From the NCBI GenBank assembly GCA_048886185.1, contig JBHLKY010000004.1:120001-152000 (forward strand): 32,000 nucleotides of DNA, read 5' to 3'. The notes under the pieces are model-generated. The model saw nothing but the letters and a program-made list of their open reading frames with translations. It did no database searches and was not told where the DNA came from. Below are positions 9,128 to 18,701 of the stretch, one piece after another; the first letter of the stretch is position 1; every line of letters starts with the position of its first letter. The DNA comes from Candidatus Hermodarchaeota archaeon. Lineage in GTDB: Archaea; Asgardarchaeota; Heimdallarchaeia; Hodarchaeales; Hodarchaeaceae. A program made the translations under genes and the position numbers.

Positions 9128-9531
9128 AAAATATAATAAAAAAGTTCTCTTACAGATTCATTTAACTGGAGTTGTACTGATCTCTAAGGTCTGGAATAAC
9201 CTCTTGCTATTTTTTCAAAGACAGGAATTTGTTCTTTGTGATAGTCAAATAACAGTTCCTAAAAAAAGTTGATTTAGGAACAGTTATAATTTTTTTCCGA
9301 CTATTCCAAATCAATTCTTTTTGTTTCAACATTCTTATTGGGGTCTTATATATATAAGGTACTTTTATTAGTTTTTTCTGTTAAAATAGAACTATTCAAA
9401 GTACAGATAGTTAAAAAGATTATTAAAGATCTAAAAAGAGTCACTTTTCTATCTGCATTGCTTGAATTCATTGATTTTCCTCATTATAATGTGGAGTATG
9501 TAAATAACACAACAATCAGGAGAAAAACACA

Positions 9532-12500
9532 TTGGAATTTTTAAAGAAGAGAGCTAAAACTATAGCATTACTTATTGGTATGATCCTCTTTTTATCATCT
9601 TGTGCATATCTTAACTTATTAACAGAAATAAATGATCAAAAACTGAAAGATATGGATGATTCATCCTCTCTTGATACACCAGCTGTGAGTGACCTCAAGT
9701 ACCCAATAATTAAAGAACCCCTTGCACTTCCTTTTAGTGGTTTCATTGAGAATCGTGGTCAGATCATTGACAAGTCGTTAGCTTATTACTATTGTATGGG
9801 AGGAATGATTGTTAGTTTTAGTTCTTCGAAGATTAATTTTGCCTTATTTTCATGCCAAGATATTCAACAGAGTTATTTTTCTATCACTTTTCCTGGATCT
9901 CAAGAAGTAATTCCTATTGGTCAGGGGCTTAAATCTCATTACATTAACTTCTTTATTGGTGATTTTCAACAAACAAATGTGCTCACTTATAATGAGGTCT
10001 GGTATTATGATCTTTACCCAGGTATTGACCTAAGATACTATATGTCGATCGAAGGATTGAAGTATGAGTTTATTATTCAACCTGGGGCTAATCCTGACTT
10101 AATTAAGCTACTCGGTAGTTCTTCAATAAAATTCTTCATTGAGGATAAAAATATCTCCTTCCTTGATTCCGTTCAGGAAAAAATTTACCTTCAAGATTCA
10201 AAATTAAAAGTATATCAAGATGATGGGACGGATATTTCTGCTAATTTTGTGTCAAAAAGTAGTGAAGAAAATTGTTATGGTTTTCGTATTGCGTCCTTTG
10301 ATAACTCCCAACGTTTAATAATTGATCCCTTAATATTGTCATTCAGTACTTACTTGGGAGGTAGTAGCTATGATTATGGATACGATATTGTTGTAGACTC
10401 TGAGAACGCCACCTATATTCTCGGACAGACAAACTCTTTGAGCTTTCCCATTACTCCCGGAACAATTAATGATTCATTCAACGGTGGAACTTCTGATTTA
10501 TTTATTGCCAAACTAGATCCAGTGGGAAATAATCTCATCTTCAGTACATATTTAGGGGGAAGTAAGGAGGATTCTGGTTATCGGATTGCATTAGATACCT
10601 CTAATAACACATATATCACTGGAAAAACTGCTTCATTAGATTTTCCTACTACTTCCAATGCTTTTAGTGAATCATTTAATGGTGGAGAATATGATATATT
10701 TGTAACAAAATTAAATGCAACAGGAAATAAATTAGTGTTCAGTACTTACTTGGGAGGAGCCGAAGGGGATTACGGCCGTGAAATAGTCGTGGATGCATCA
10801 GGTAACACCTATATCACGGGAGAAACTGAATCCTTGGATTTTCCTACTACCCCTGATACTATCGATGATACTCATAATGGTGGAACAAGTGATGCCTTTA
10901 TAGTAAAATTGAATACTGGAGGAGATAATCTTGTATACAGTACTTTTATAGGAGGTGGAGGAAACGATTATGGGTATAGTATTGCAATCGATGATTTTAA
11001 TAATGTTTGTATAACTGGAGAGACTTGGTCGTCTAATTTTCCAGTAGTAGGAGCTTATGATAACACTAAAGGGGGAAATACTGATGCTTTTCTAACTAAA
11101 ATAAATGCTGATGGAGATGGCTTTGTCTTTAGTACCTATTTGGGTGGGAGTGGACTTGACTATGGATATGATATTGCAGTAGACTCTTACAATAATATGT
11201 ATATCACTGGAAAGACCACATCAGTTAACTTTCCAACTCGAAATCCTTACAGTTCTTATAGAGGCGGTTACGATGCTTTCGTTACGAAAATTAATTCTGC
11301 TGGAGATGATCTGGTGTTTAGTACTTTCTTAGGAGGAAGTGGGGAGGATTCTGGTCACGCAATAACAGTTGATGTCTACAACAATACATACATTACTGGA
11401 AGAACAGCCTCAACGGATTTTTCCACACCTTTAAATGCTTTCAATAACACTCATAGTGGAAGTTATGATGCTTTCGTAACAAAACTAGATGCCTTAGGTA
11501 ACAAAACTATATTCAATACTTTTCTAGGAGGAGAAGGGGAAGATTTTGGACACGGTATTGAGGTTGATGCTTATAATGAGACATATATAGTTGGATATAC
11601 TAGATCAAATGACTTTCCAACATACAATGCATACAGTAGCACTTATAGTGGGAGTTACGACTGTTTCATAACTAAATTCAATCTAGATGAGGAACCACCA
11701 AAAATTAATCTGGAATCTCCTGCTAACAATACTATTCACAATTCAGGTAAGACAATTAATTTTACAGTAAGAGATTTACATCTCAGTAATGTACTTTTTA
11801 ATTGGGATGAGGGTATTAATCAGACTTTAACGGAATCTTTTATTATTACCCTACCCATGGGGGATGATCAGCACAGATTAAATGTCTATGCGGTTGATCG
11901 GGCTGGTAATTGGGCATACAACTATTTTACTTTTACTACAGATGACACAGCTCCACTAGTATATTTGATCTCACCTGGGAACTGGATATATCCAGAAATC
12001 ATTGTAGATCTATCTGGTGATGCTGACCATTATTGGTATTACATTGATGGAGTGGATATCGATAATCAAACGTGGACTACTGCAATCACACGTAATCTAT
12101 CAAATGGTACTTATACTCTTCATGCTTTTGGGAACGATACTGTTGGAAACGAGGCGTATACCAGTGTGAGTTTTACTATTGACACATCATTTGCTTTAGT
12201 TGTCATAGATTCTCCCGTTAATGCGAGTTATTCATCAAATAATACATCGATTGAACTTTCAGGTGATGCTGAGTCTTACTGGTTCTATATTAGAGGCTTC
12301 CATGATGAAAATCAGACATATCTACCTCCAGTCACCTTTAATCTTACTGATGGTAAATATGTATTACATGCTTATGGGAACAATACTGTTGGTAATGTGA
12401 CTCATGTAAGTGTTACATTTACAATTGATACTATTCCTCCTGAAGTTACAATAATTTCTCCCATAAATACACTTTATACTAGTGGCTCTATAACTATAAA

Positions 12501-13347
12501 CCTCTTTGGTGATGCTGACTTCACTTGGTATTACATTGAAGGAGTAGATATCGAAAATCATACATGGACTTCACTAGTAAAACGGAACTTAACCAATGGA
12601 ACTTATACTCTTTTTGCTTATGGTAACGATACCGCTGGAAACGAAGCAGTAACGAGTATAACCTTTTCAATTGATACCACTAGAGCTACTGTAATTATTG
12701 AATCGCCTATCAGTACCACTTATTCATATAGTACTATCACTATAGCGTTCTCCGGTGATGCTTTATTTTATCTGTACCAAATTCCAGGTGTTGTAAATAT
12801 TGACACTGTTTGGACTTCTCCAATCACATATTATTTTGAAGATGGAACATATACTTTATACGGATCTGGATTCAAAACTATGGGAAAAACAACTTATGTT
12901 AATGTAACATTCACGGTTGATACAACCCCTCCAACAATTATTCTTAATTCTCCGACTAGTTCTAGTATATATAGAAGTAGCAATGTTTCAATTGACATCT
13001 CTGGAAATGCAGAGCGCTATTGGTATTATATCGAAAATATTGATAGTGAGAATCAAACTTGGACACAACCTATGAACCGAAGTTTGAGCGATGGTAACTA
13101 TATAATCCATATTTATGGTAATGATTCCGTAGGTAACATAGCACATTTGAATCTAACTTTTACAATATCAATTCCAATCCCCACATCGATACCAAGTACA
13201 TCTTCGATGATTATGGTATCTGGAACAACTGTAGAAACATCCTCTTCAACCCCGAAGCGAGGAAACTTTCCTAATTATACTGTAGTAATATTAATCTTGA
13301 CAATTTTAGTAATTTTCATTCGAGGACGTAAAAAGAAGCAAATATAA
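9532..13347 (+). CDS. Secreted/surface protein: N-terminal DUF7948-like domain, 7 SBBP beta-propeller repeats, 6 Ig-like repeats, S/T linker, C-terminal TM and basic tail
   Basis: TTG start with AGGAG RBS at 9518-9522; signal peptide ending LSSC; GFIENRGQ, DLYPGIDLRYY and LKYEFIIQPGANP motifs. Seven (F/Y)(S/N)T(Y/F)(L/I)GG...D.G..I.VD...N.YI.G repeats and six ~80-aa ..SP.N...G.Y.L..(Y/F)GND..GN....F.ID modules. Ends GNFPNYTVVILILTILVIFIRGRKKKQI. Confidence 0.92.
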   Translation: MEFLKKRAKTIALLIGMILFLSSCAYLNLLTEINDQKLKDMDDSSSLDTPAVSDLKYPIIKEPLALPFSGFIENRGQIIDKSLAYYYCMGGMIVSFSSSKINFALFSCQDIQQSYFSITFPGSQEVIPIGQGLKSHYINFFIGDFQQTNVLTYNEVWYYDLYPGIDLRYYMSIEGLKYEFIIQPGANPDLIKLLGSSSIKFFIEDKNISFLDSVQEKIYLQDSKLKVYQDDGTDISANFVSKSSEENCYGFRIASFDNSQRLIIDPLILSFSTYLGGSSYDYGYDIVVDSENATYILGQTNSLSFPITPGTINDSFNGGTSDLFIAKLDPVGNNLIFSTYLGGSKEDSGYRIALDTSNNTYITGKTASLDFPTTSNAFSESFNGGEYDIFVTKLNATGNKLVFSTYLGGAEGDYGREIVVDASGNTYITGETESLDFPTTPDTIDDTHNGGTSDAFIVKLNTGGDNLVYSTFIGGGGNDYGYSIAIDDFNNVCITGETWSSNFPVVGAYDNTKGGNTDAFLTKINADGDGFVFSTYLGGSGLDYGYDIAVDSYNNMYITGKTTSVNFPTRNPYSSYRGGYDAFVTKINSAGDDLVFSTFLGGSGEDSGHAITVDVYNNTYITGRTASTDFSTPLNAFNNTHSGSYDAFVTKLDALGNKTIFNTFLGGEGEDFGHGIEVDAYNETYIVGYTRSNDFPTYNAYSSTYSGSYDCFITKFNLDEEPPKINLESPANNTIHNSGKTINFTVRDLHLSNVLFNWDEGINQTLTESFIITLPMGDDQHRLNVYAVDRAGNWAYNYFTFTTDDTAPLVYLISPGNWIYPEIIVDLSGDADHYWYYIDGVDIDNQTWTTAITRNLSNGTYTLHAFGNDTVGNEAYTSVSFTIDTSFALVVIDSPVNASYSSNNTSIELSGDAESYWFYIRGFHDENQTYLPPVTFNLTDGKYVLHAYGNNTVGNVTHVSVTFTIDTIPPEVTIISPINTLYTSGSITINLFGDADFTWYYIEGVDIENHTWTSLVKRNLTNGTYTLFAYGNDTAGNEAVTSITFSIDTTRATVIIESPISTTYSYSTITIAFSGDALFYLYQIPGVVNIDTVWTSPITYYFEDGTYTLYGSGFKTMGKTTYVNVTFTVDTTPPTIILNSPTSSSIYRSSNVSIDISGNAERYWYYIENIDSENQTWTQPMNRSLSDGNYIIHIYGNDSVGNIAHLNLTFTISIPIPTSIPSTSSMIMVSGTTVETSSSTPKRGNFPNYTVVILILTILVIFIRGRKKKQI

Positions 13348-13408
13348 AATTATACATGCATTATTTTCTCAGTATATATATATCTATTCTCCTATTGTAC
13401 TTCTATTA

Positions 13409-16150
13409 TTACCTGCTTGAAGATCCAGTCAATTTATTTAGTTTACCTAAATTAGAATAGTTCTTCTGTTCGTTTTTAATATCATTAAGATCTTTAGCTA
13501 ACTTTAAGGCTGAATTGATAGAATTACGGGCCTTATCCCATTGCTCCAAATCCAGATAAAGACTTCCGATCACGGTTTGCCATCGACACAAATTTCGTCT
13601 GTTCATATATTTCTCTGCACTAGCTATAGCCTTCTCAAGATATTCTACTGCCACTTTCAATTGCCCCTTAGTACTTGTGGTCTCTTGAATTGTTGTACCT
13701 ATATTACCATATAATATTCCTTCTGTTTCTTTATCCATGTTTTTAACATATTTTAAGCATGCTTCATATTCATTAAGGGCCTCTTTGTATTTATCTACCT
13801 TAAAATAGACATCACCAAGTTTCATAAGCCATTTTACTTTATGATCATCCGTTTTCGCCATATTAAATGCTTTTTCAACATTTTCCTTTGCTAGATCAAA
13901 TAAACCAACTTCTTGGTAAGCATCAGCAATATCTCCGTACAAATTTTCTTCTGCTTCTTGATCTCCCATCTTTGAGACAATAGCTACTGCTTTTCGGAAA
14001 TAACCTGTAGCTTGCTTTTCATCAGAAGTAATATGACATTTACCTAGGTTAATTAATTGTTTAGATTGGATTTCTTTGTCATCCCTTTCTTGAGCGATCT
14101 TCAATGCCGTTTCAAAAGAAACAATAGCCTTTTCAATTTTATTTTGGGCAAAAAAAGCATCTCCTAGATTTGAATGTGAAATTCCTTTCAGTTCTGTTAA
14201 AGACAAATCATCAGCGATCTTAATTGCTCGATTAATGAATTTAATTGCTGTTGAATGATCCCCAGTAAGGAGGTATTCTGTACCTAGATTGGTAAGTATT
14301 TCCCCTTCTATTTTCCTATCTAGGTCTGAATGTTTTCTCAAAGCTTTTTCATTTAAACTTATAGCCTGATGTATATCTCCTTGTTTTTGGTAGGTGTAAG
14401 CTAACTTCATTAACCAGATTGCTTCCTCCTTTCTGATTCCCAGGTTCTTGACTATTTTTATTGCTTCTTCATAGTATTTTATTGCTTCATCGATTTTACT
14501 TTCAGCAAGAACAACATTTCCTAATGAGCCTATCCATCTACCTTGGTATAATTTTAAGTCGTTATCCCTGGCTTTATCTAAGGCCTCTTGGTAATGTTTT
14601 CTGGCTGAATTATAATCCCCTGTATCATAATAGACATTGCCAAGGTTACCCAGCTGCTCTACCACCTTGTTATTTTTTGTAGAGATATCCTCGATAGTTT
14701 TGGCTCTTTCTAACGCTTCTTTGTAAGCTTTCAAGGCCTCATCAGAGTTTCCTAATGCTAAATAGGTTTTAGCTATTTGTTCAAAAGAATGAACATGACT
14801 TATAATATCCGCAATTTTCCCAGCAATTTTCTGTGCTTCCTCAAAATAGCCAAGAGCCTTTTTATATCTTATTAAATCATACTCTATTCTTCCAAGGGCT
14901 ATTAACAGTTCAATGTGGGCTTTTTCATTACCTGTCTCCTTTGAAATTTTTAATGCTTTATTAAATTCTGAGCTGGCACTGATGTCATCACCCATTTCCT
15001 CATATGCTCTTCCCAGACCTAGAGAGTATAATGCCTGTCTTTCTTTATCCTTTCTAGTTTGAGCTAATTTTACTGCTGTTTTGAAATGTTCAATAGCAGG
15101 TTCATATTGATTGATTTTAGATTCAGCTTCAGCTAACTTCCCATACCATTCCATGGCATGATCTATGTTAATTTCCTCCGCAATAGTGGCTGCTTTGGTT
15201 AAATGCTTGATAGCTTTCGAGTACTGCTCCATTTCGAAATAGGCTTTTCCTACTTTCCCTAATTGTAGTTCGAAAGCCATTTTATCCTGTGATGATTTCA
15301 GTACTCGCGCAGATTTTTCATAGTTATCTTTAGCTTTTTCCATATCACCACTGGTAAAAAGAACATCAGCTAATAATCCTAAGTAACTTGCTTCTTCTTC
15401 TTTTTCCCTAGTTGTCTCAACAATGTCTATTGCTTGCTTTAAGTTTTCAATCGCTTTAGATAATTCATTCTCGGAAAAATAACTATTTCCAATAAGAGCA
15501 TAACTCATTCCTTCAATTTTATTTGCAGAAACTTCTTTAGCTAATGCTTTTGCTTTTTCATAAAACTCAATAGCTTTGTTAAAATCTCCTTGATTATGAT
15601 AACATTGACCAAGAAAGTTAAGCCATCTCGCTTCACTCCGTTTATCATTCAATTTTTCGCTCAATGACTTCGCTTTATTGAAAGAATTCATTGCTTCCGT
15701 TAATTCATTATTATCTAGATGAAGGATACCTAATTGACCATAACACTTTCTTTCAGCAGCTAAATCCCCGCTATCTTTAGCTAGTGTGGCAGCTTGTAGA
15801 TAAGCTTCTCTAGAATCTTTTAACTTCCCCGCAAGCTTTTGAACATGTCCTAAGAGGATTAAGACTTTAAATTCATTAATTTTATCGCCTAAAGTGCTGT
15901 AAATCTTACTTGAATTCTTGAAATTCTTAACAGAATCAGTTATGTTATCAAGTTTACTATAAACCTCCCCTAATTTACTAAGAATTCTTGCTTCAGCAGG
16001 TTTATCGCTAATCTCTCGTGTTAAAATTACAGCTTCCTCAAAATGTTTTGCAGCACGTTCCAGATAATTTTCCTGAATCTCAAATAAGGAATCCAAATCA
16101 GAGTCAGTTTTTTTAGATTTAATTTCGGTTAAAGTGTGAGGTTCACTCAT
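13409..16150 (-). CDS. Large cytoplasmic TPR-repeat protein (~40-aa repeats, roughly 22 copies; no recognisable effector domain)
   Basis: On the minus strand although the track says +: ATG at 16150, TAA at 13409-13411. Continuous repeats of the type E...LG.LG..Y...G....A...(F/Y)E.AL..A....D; no signal peptide or TM. Confidence 0.93.
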   Translation of the reverse strand: MSEPHTLTEIKSKKTDSDLDSLFEIQENYLERAAKHFEEAVILTREISDKPAEARILSKLGEVYSKLDNITDSVKNFKNSSKIYSTLGDKINEFKVLILLGHVQKLAGKLKDSREAYLQAATLAKDSGDLAAERKCYGQLGILHLDNNELTEAMNSFNKAKSLSEKLNDKRSEARWLNFLGQCYHNQGDFNKAIEFYEKAKALAKEVSANKIEGMSYALIGNSYFSENELSKAIENLKQAIDIVETTREKEEEASYLGLLADVLFTSGDMEKAKDNYEKSARVLKSSQDKMAFELQLGKVGKAYFEMEQYSKAIKHLTKAATIAEEINIDHAMEWYGKLAEAESKINQYEPAIEHFKTAVKLAQTRKDKERQALYSLGLGRAYEEMGDDISASSEFNKALKISKETGNEKAHIELLIALGRIEYDLIRYKKALGYFEEAQKIAGKIADIISHVHSFEQIAKTYLALGNSDEALKAYKEALERAKTIEDISTKNNKVVEQLGNLGNVYYDTGDYNSARKHYQEALDKARDNDLKLYQGRWIGSLGNVVLAESKIDEAIKYYEEAIKIVKNLGIRKEEAIWLMKLAYTYQKQGDIHQAISLNEKALRKHSDLDRKIEGEILTNLGTEYLLTGDHSTAIKFINRAIKIADDLSLTELKGISHSNLGDAFFAQNKIEKAIVSFETALKIAQERDDKEIQSKQLINLGKCHITSDEKQATGYFRKAVAIVSKMGDQEAEENLYGDIADAYQEVGLFDLAKENVEKAFNMAKTDDHKVKWLMKLGDVYFKVDKYKEALNEYEACLKYVKNMDKETEGILYGNIGTTIQETTSTKGQLKVAVEYLEKAIASAEKYMNRRNLCRWQTVIGSLYLDLEQWDKARNSINSALKLAKDLNDIKNEQKNYSNLGKLNKLTGSSSR

Positions 16151-18687
16151 GCTTCTTCAACTCCTTGTGCAAAATATGCATCTCCTAAGCTTTCTAACTC
16201 TTTTATCTGAAATTTCTTATTCTTTGTCTTTTTAAAGATCTTGAGTGCCTCTTTATGATTTTGAATCGCTCTTTTAAAGTTTCCAGCTTTGAAGTAAATA
16301 CGACCAATGGCTCCAAGTCTTTTTCCCTCTTCATGTTTGTCTTTTGCCTTTCGGGCTTTCTTCAAAGCCTTGATTTCGTCTTTCACGGCCGATGGAACCA
16401 TTAATCGACGAGTGATATACCAATAACCTGCACCAGATGCAGCTAGTACCAGAAATCCTGTCATAATGATATTTGGCCAAGGATTAGCCTCAGGTTGAGC
16501 AAGATATGGAGGAATTGGCTGATGGGGGATTGATTGGTTTGTTTGTTCGTCAGCTCTAGGAATATCAGGATTTGCATAAACAGTTACGGTAACATAATCT
16601 TCGACAAATTGGTTAACAATAATTGAGAATCGATATGTACCGACAGGAAGATCATCAATAACAATTTGATGTAGGATTGGTTCCCCAGACACAAATACTC
16701 CAGTGGAGATTACAATTCTACGTGTTCCATTGTCTTGATAGATTGTGTAGGTTCCGCTCTCAGTACTGATTACTGTCCAATTCAAATCTAGAATTTCACC
16801 AATCTTTTCATATTCGTACCACATCTGAGACGACATTTCAGTTCTAATCTCAACAATAATTCCAACAAAAACAAGTACAGTATCATTTACAATGTTTCCA
16901 GAGGTATCACTAGCAAGAAGTGTGTAATTGAATACTGTATACTCATCAACACCTAGGAAACTAATGCTATAATTTATGCTTTCAAGTGAAGCCCAAGAAT
17001 CAGATTCGACTTCTGTACCATTTAAGTATATTAGATAATCCGCAGGATAGTTATCACTTATGGTCCATGAAAGTATTTGATCTTTCGTTCCAAAACCTAA
17101 GTATAAATCATCTGGACTGTCTACTAATTGTGGTAAATCCATTTCAAGGACAGTTACTTGTACCTCATCAATGATCTGCATCCCAGTGCTCTCTGTTAGC
17201 ACTAACCGATAAGAATATGATCCAACTGATAGACTATAATTTAGCTGATGATTTATTAAAATGTTATCTATCCATTCTCCACTATCCGTTAAAATATTAT
17301 CCCTGTAAATCGTATAACTTTGTGCGTTAGGGTCTTTTGCGGTCCATGAAAGAGAATTAGTGATATTTCCTTCTTCAATTATGAGATCTTTGGGTCTAAT
17401 GAAAGATTCAAGAGTAATAAGTTGACCTTCCACAGTGTTTTCTGAATATTGTACATTCTGACTCGTCTCATCAATGTATATCCAATCTTGAATATCAGAT
17501 AAAACATTCTCGATAAGAACAGAATTATTACATCTGATAATGTATAACCCAAAAGAAGATGAAATATCAGTTATTGTGTTGTATCTCACTGCTAAATATT
17601 CATCTCCCTCAGTGAATATACCAATTGCTTCTGAATTTGATGAAATAAGGTTAGAAATGACATTCCATTCAATGAATACTGAATTACTTGTTTTTAGATT
17701 TATCCCATATGTGTAAGTATATGTAGAAGAAAGGTATTGAATGGTATTATTTCCTATAGTTGCCCCAGTACAATGTTCTAAATAGATTCCTTTTACTTCA
17801 AGGAGTCCTGCATCAACTGAGGTAATGTTATTTACTATTATCTGAGAGTGTGGACTGTCATCCAATGAAATTCCAGAAGATGTGAGAGTAGAAGAGAATA
17901 TAGCTGAAATTTTGTTGTTTTTAATTATCATAGTTGAGCTATCATCAACATAAATGCCATGGGAAGATTTTGAACTGATATCACCAATGTAAGACTCAGT
18001 TATATTACTCCCTCGTGATGCTTCTACCAAAATTCCATATGCCATCCCAAAAAGGGATTCTAAATCCTGAATCCTTGTATCTACGATGTTTACTTCTATA
18101 CTATTGTATAAACGGATACCCGAAACATCTCGAGGAGAACCGAGACTCGAAGAAGTCGATGAGATTTGTTCGATTGTATTATTTCTTATTGTTGTATTTT
18201 GAGAGTTCATTAGGTATATAGCTGAGGCCGAATTAGAAGTTGAGATAATGTTAATAATTGTATTATTATAGATCTCGGTATTTGGGCTGTTATCAAGCAT
18301 TATTCCGTATGCATAAGAAGAATTTGTGATGTCTGTAATGTTATTATTTCTAATTATCGAGTTCTCACTGTTTACTAATTCTATTGAAGTATTTCTGTCT
18401 TGATTTTCAATAATACTTCCTGGAGCATTTATAATAGAAATAGATCTTATTGGTTGTTTAATGAATAGATCATCCTCAAAGGTGGGGGAATCCAAGACTA
18501 GTGAATGACCATTTCCATTTAAGGTGAGTCTGAAACCATCTGACTCATGATATAGCAGCACTCTTATCTCTTGCCCATCAACTAGAACAGTTTTCTCACT
18601 CCAAACACTAGTGTGTGAAACATATCGATTTACTGATGCTGCTAAAGCCAGCAATAAGAAAGTAAGGATAATGGTTCTAGGTCTCAT
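16147..18687 (-). CDS. Single-pass membrane protein: right-handed beta-helix (NosD/PbH1-like), 3 Ig-like domains, TM, cytosolic TPR stub
   Basis: On the minus strand although the track says +. Signal peptide MRPRTIILTFLLLALAAS; repeated GI.L..S....I..N.I motifs; three LSWT..D..P..Y.IY.NG-type Ig modules; Pro-rich linker; TM IIMTGFLVLAASGAGYWYI; tail with TPR RLGAIGRIYFKAGNFKRAIQNHKEALKIF. Confidence 0.92.
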   Translation of the reverse strand: MRPRTIILTFLLLALAASVNRYVSHTSVWSEKTVLVDGQEIRVLLYHESDGFRLTLNGNGHSLVLDSPTFEDDLFIKQPIRSISIINAPGSIIENQDRNTSIELVNSENSIIRNNNITDITNSSYAYGIMLDNSPNTEIYNNTIINIISTSNSASAIYLMNSQNTTIRNNTIEQISSTSSSLGSPRDVSGIRLYNSIEVNIVDTRIQDLESLFGMAYGILVEASRGSNITESYIGDISSKSSHGIYVDDSSTMIIKNNKISAIFSSTLTSSGISLDDSPHSQIIVNNITSVDAGLLEVKGIYLEHCTGATIGNNTIQYLSSTYTYTYGINLKTSNSVFIEWNVISNLISSNSEAIGIFTEGDEYLAVRYNTITDISSSFGLYIIRCNNSVLIENVLSDIQDWIYIDETSQNVQYSENTVEGQLITLESFIRPKDLIIEEGNITNSLSWTAKDPNAQSYTIYRDNILTDSGEWIDNILINHQLNYSLSVGSYSYRLVLTESTGMQIIDEVQVTVLEMDLPQLVDSPDDLYLGFGTKDQILSWTISDNYPADYLIYLNGTEVESDSWASLESINYSISFLGVDEYTVFNYTLLASDTSGNIVNDTVLVFVGIIVEIRTEMSSQMWYEYEKIGEILDLNWTVISTESGTYTIYQDNGTRRIVISTGVFVSGEPILHQIVIDDLPVGTYRFSIIVNQFVEDYVTVTVYANPDIPRADEQTNQSIPHQPIPPYLAQPEANPWPNIIMTGFLVLAASGAGYWYITRRLMVPSAVKDEIKALKKARKAKDKHEEGKRLGAIGRIYFKAGNFKRAIQNHKEALKIFKKTKNKKFQIKELESLGDAYFAQGVEEA
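16161..16165 (-). promoter_or_regulatory. Candidate Shine-Dalgarno AGGAG for the TPR gene
   Basis: Minus strand reads AAGGAG-TTGAAGAAGC-ATGA. It could also be coincidental Gln-Gly-Val codons of the upstream gene. Confidence 0.5.
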
Positions 18688-18696
18688 TTCATCTCA

Positions 18697-18701
18697 CTCC
18701 T
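18697..18701 (-). promoter_or_regulatory. Shine-Dalgarno AGGAG for the beta-helix/TM/TPR gene, overlapping the upstream TAG stop
   Basis: Minus strand reads TAGGAGTGAGATGAAATG; 12-nt intergenic gap. Confidence 0.7.

Noticed and set aside
9087-9544. ORFs 9087..9272 and 9338..9544
   Set aside because: Short, overlapping neighbouring real genes, low-complexity AT-driven translations.
13409-16150. TPR-CHAT / NACHT-type defence or protease system
   Set aside because: The 913-aa protein is TPR from end to end, with no CHAT, NTPase or nuclease domain. The only possible clan-CD-like domain in the operon is extracellular and lacks the dyad.
16147-16165. Programmed -1 ribosomal frameshift fusing the receptor to the TPR protein
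   Set aside because: The -1 frame has a TGA only 6 nt before the ATG, leaving just GAA-GCA as a shift window. There is no X XXY YYZ slippery heptamer.
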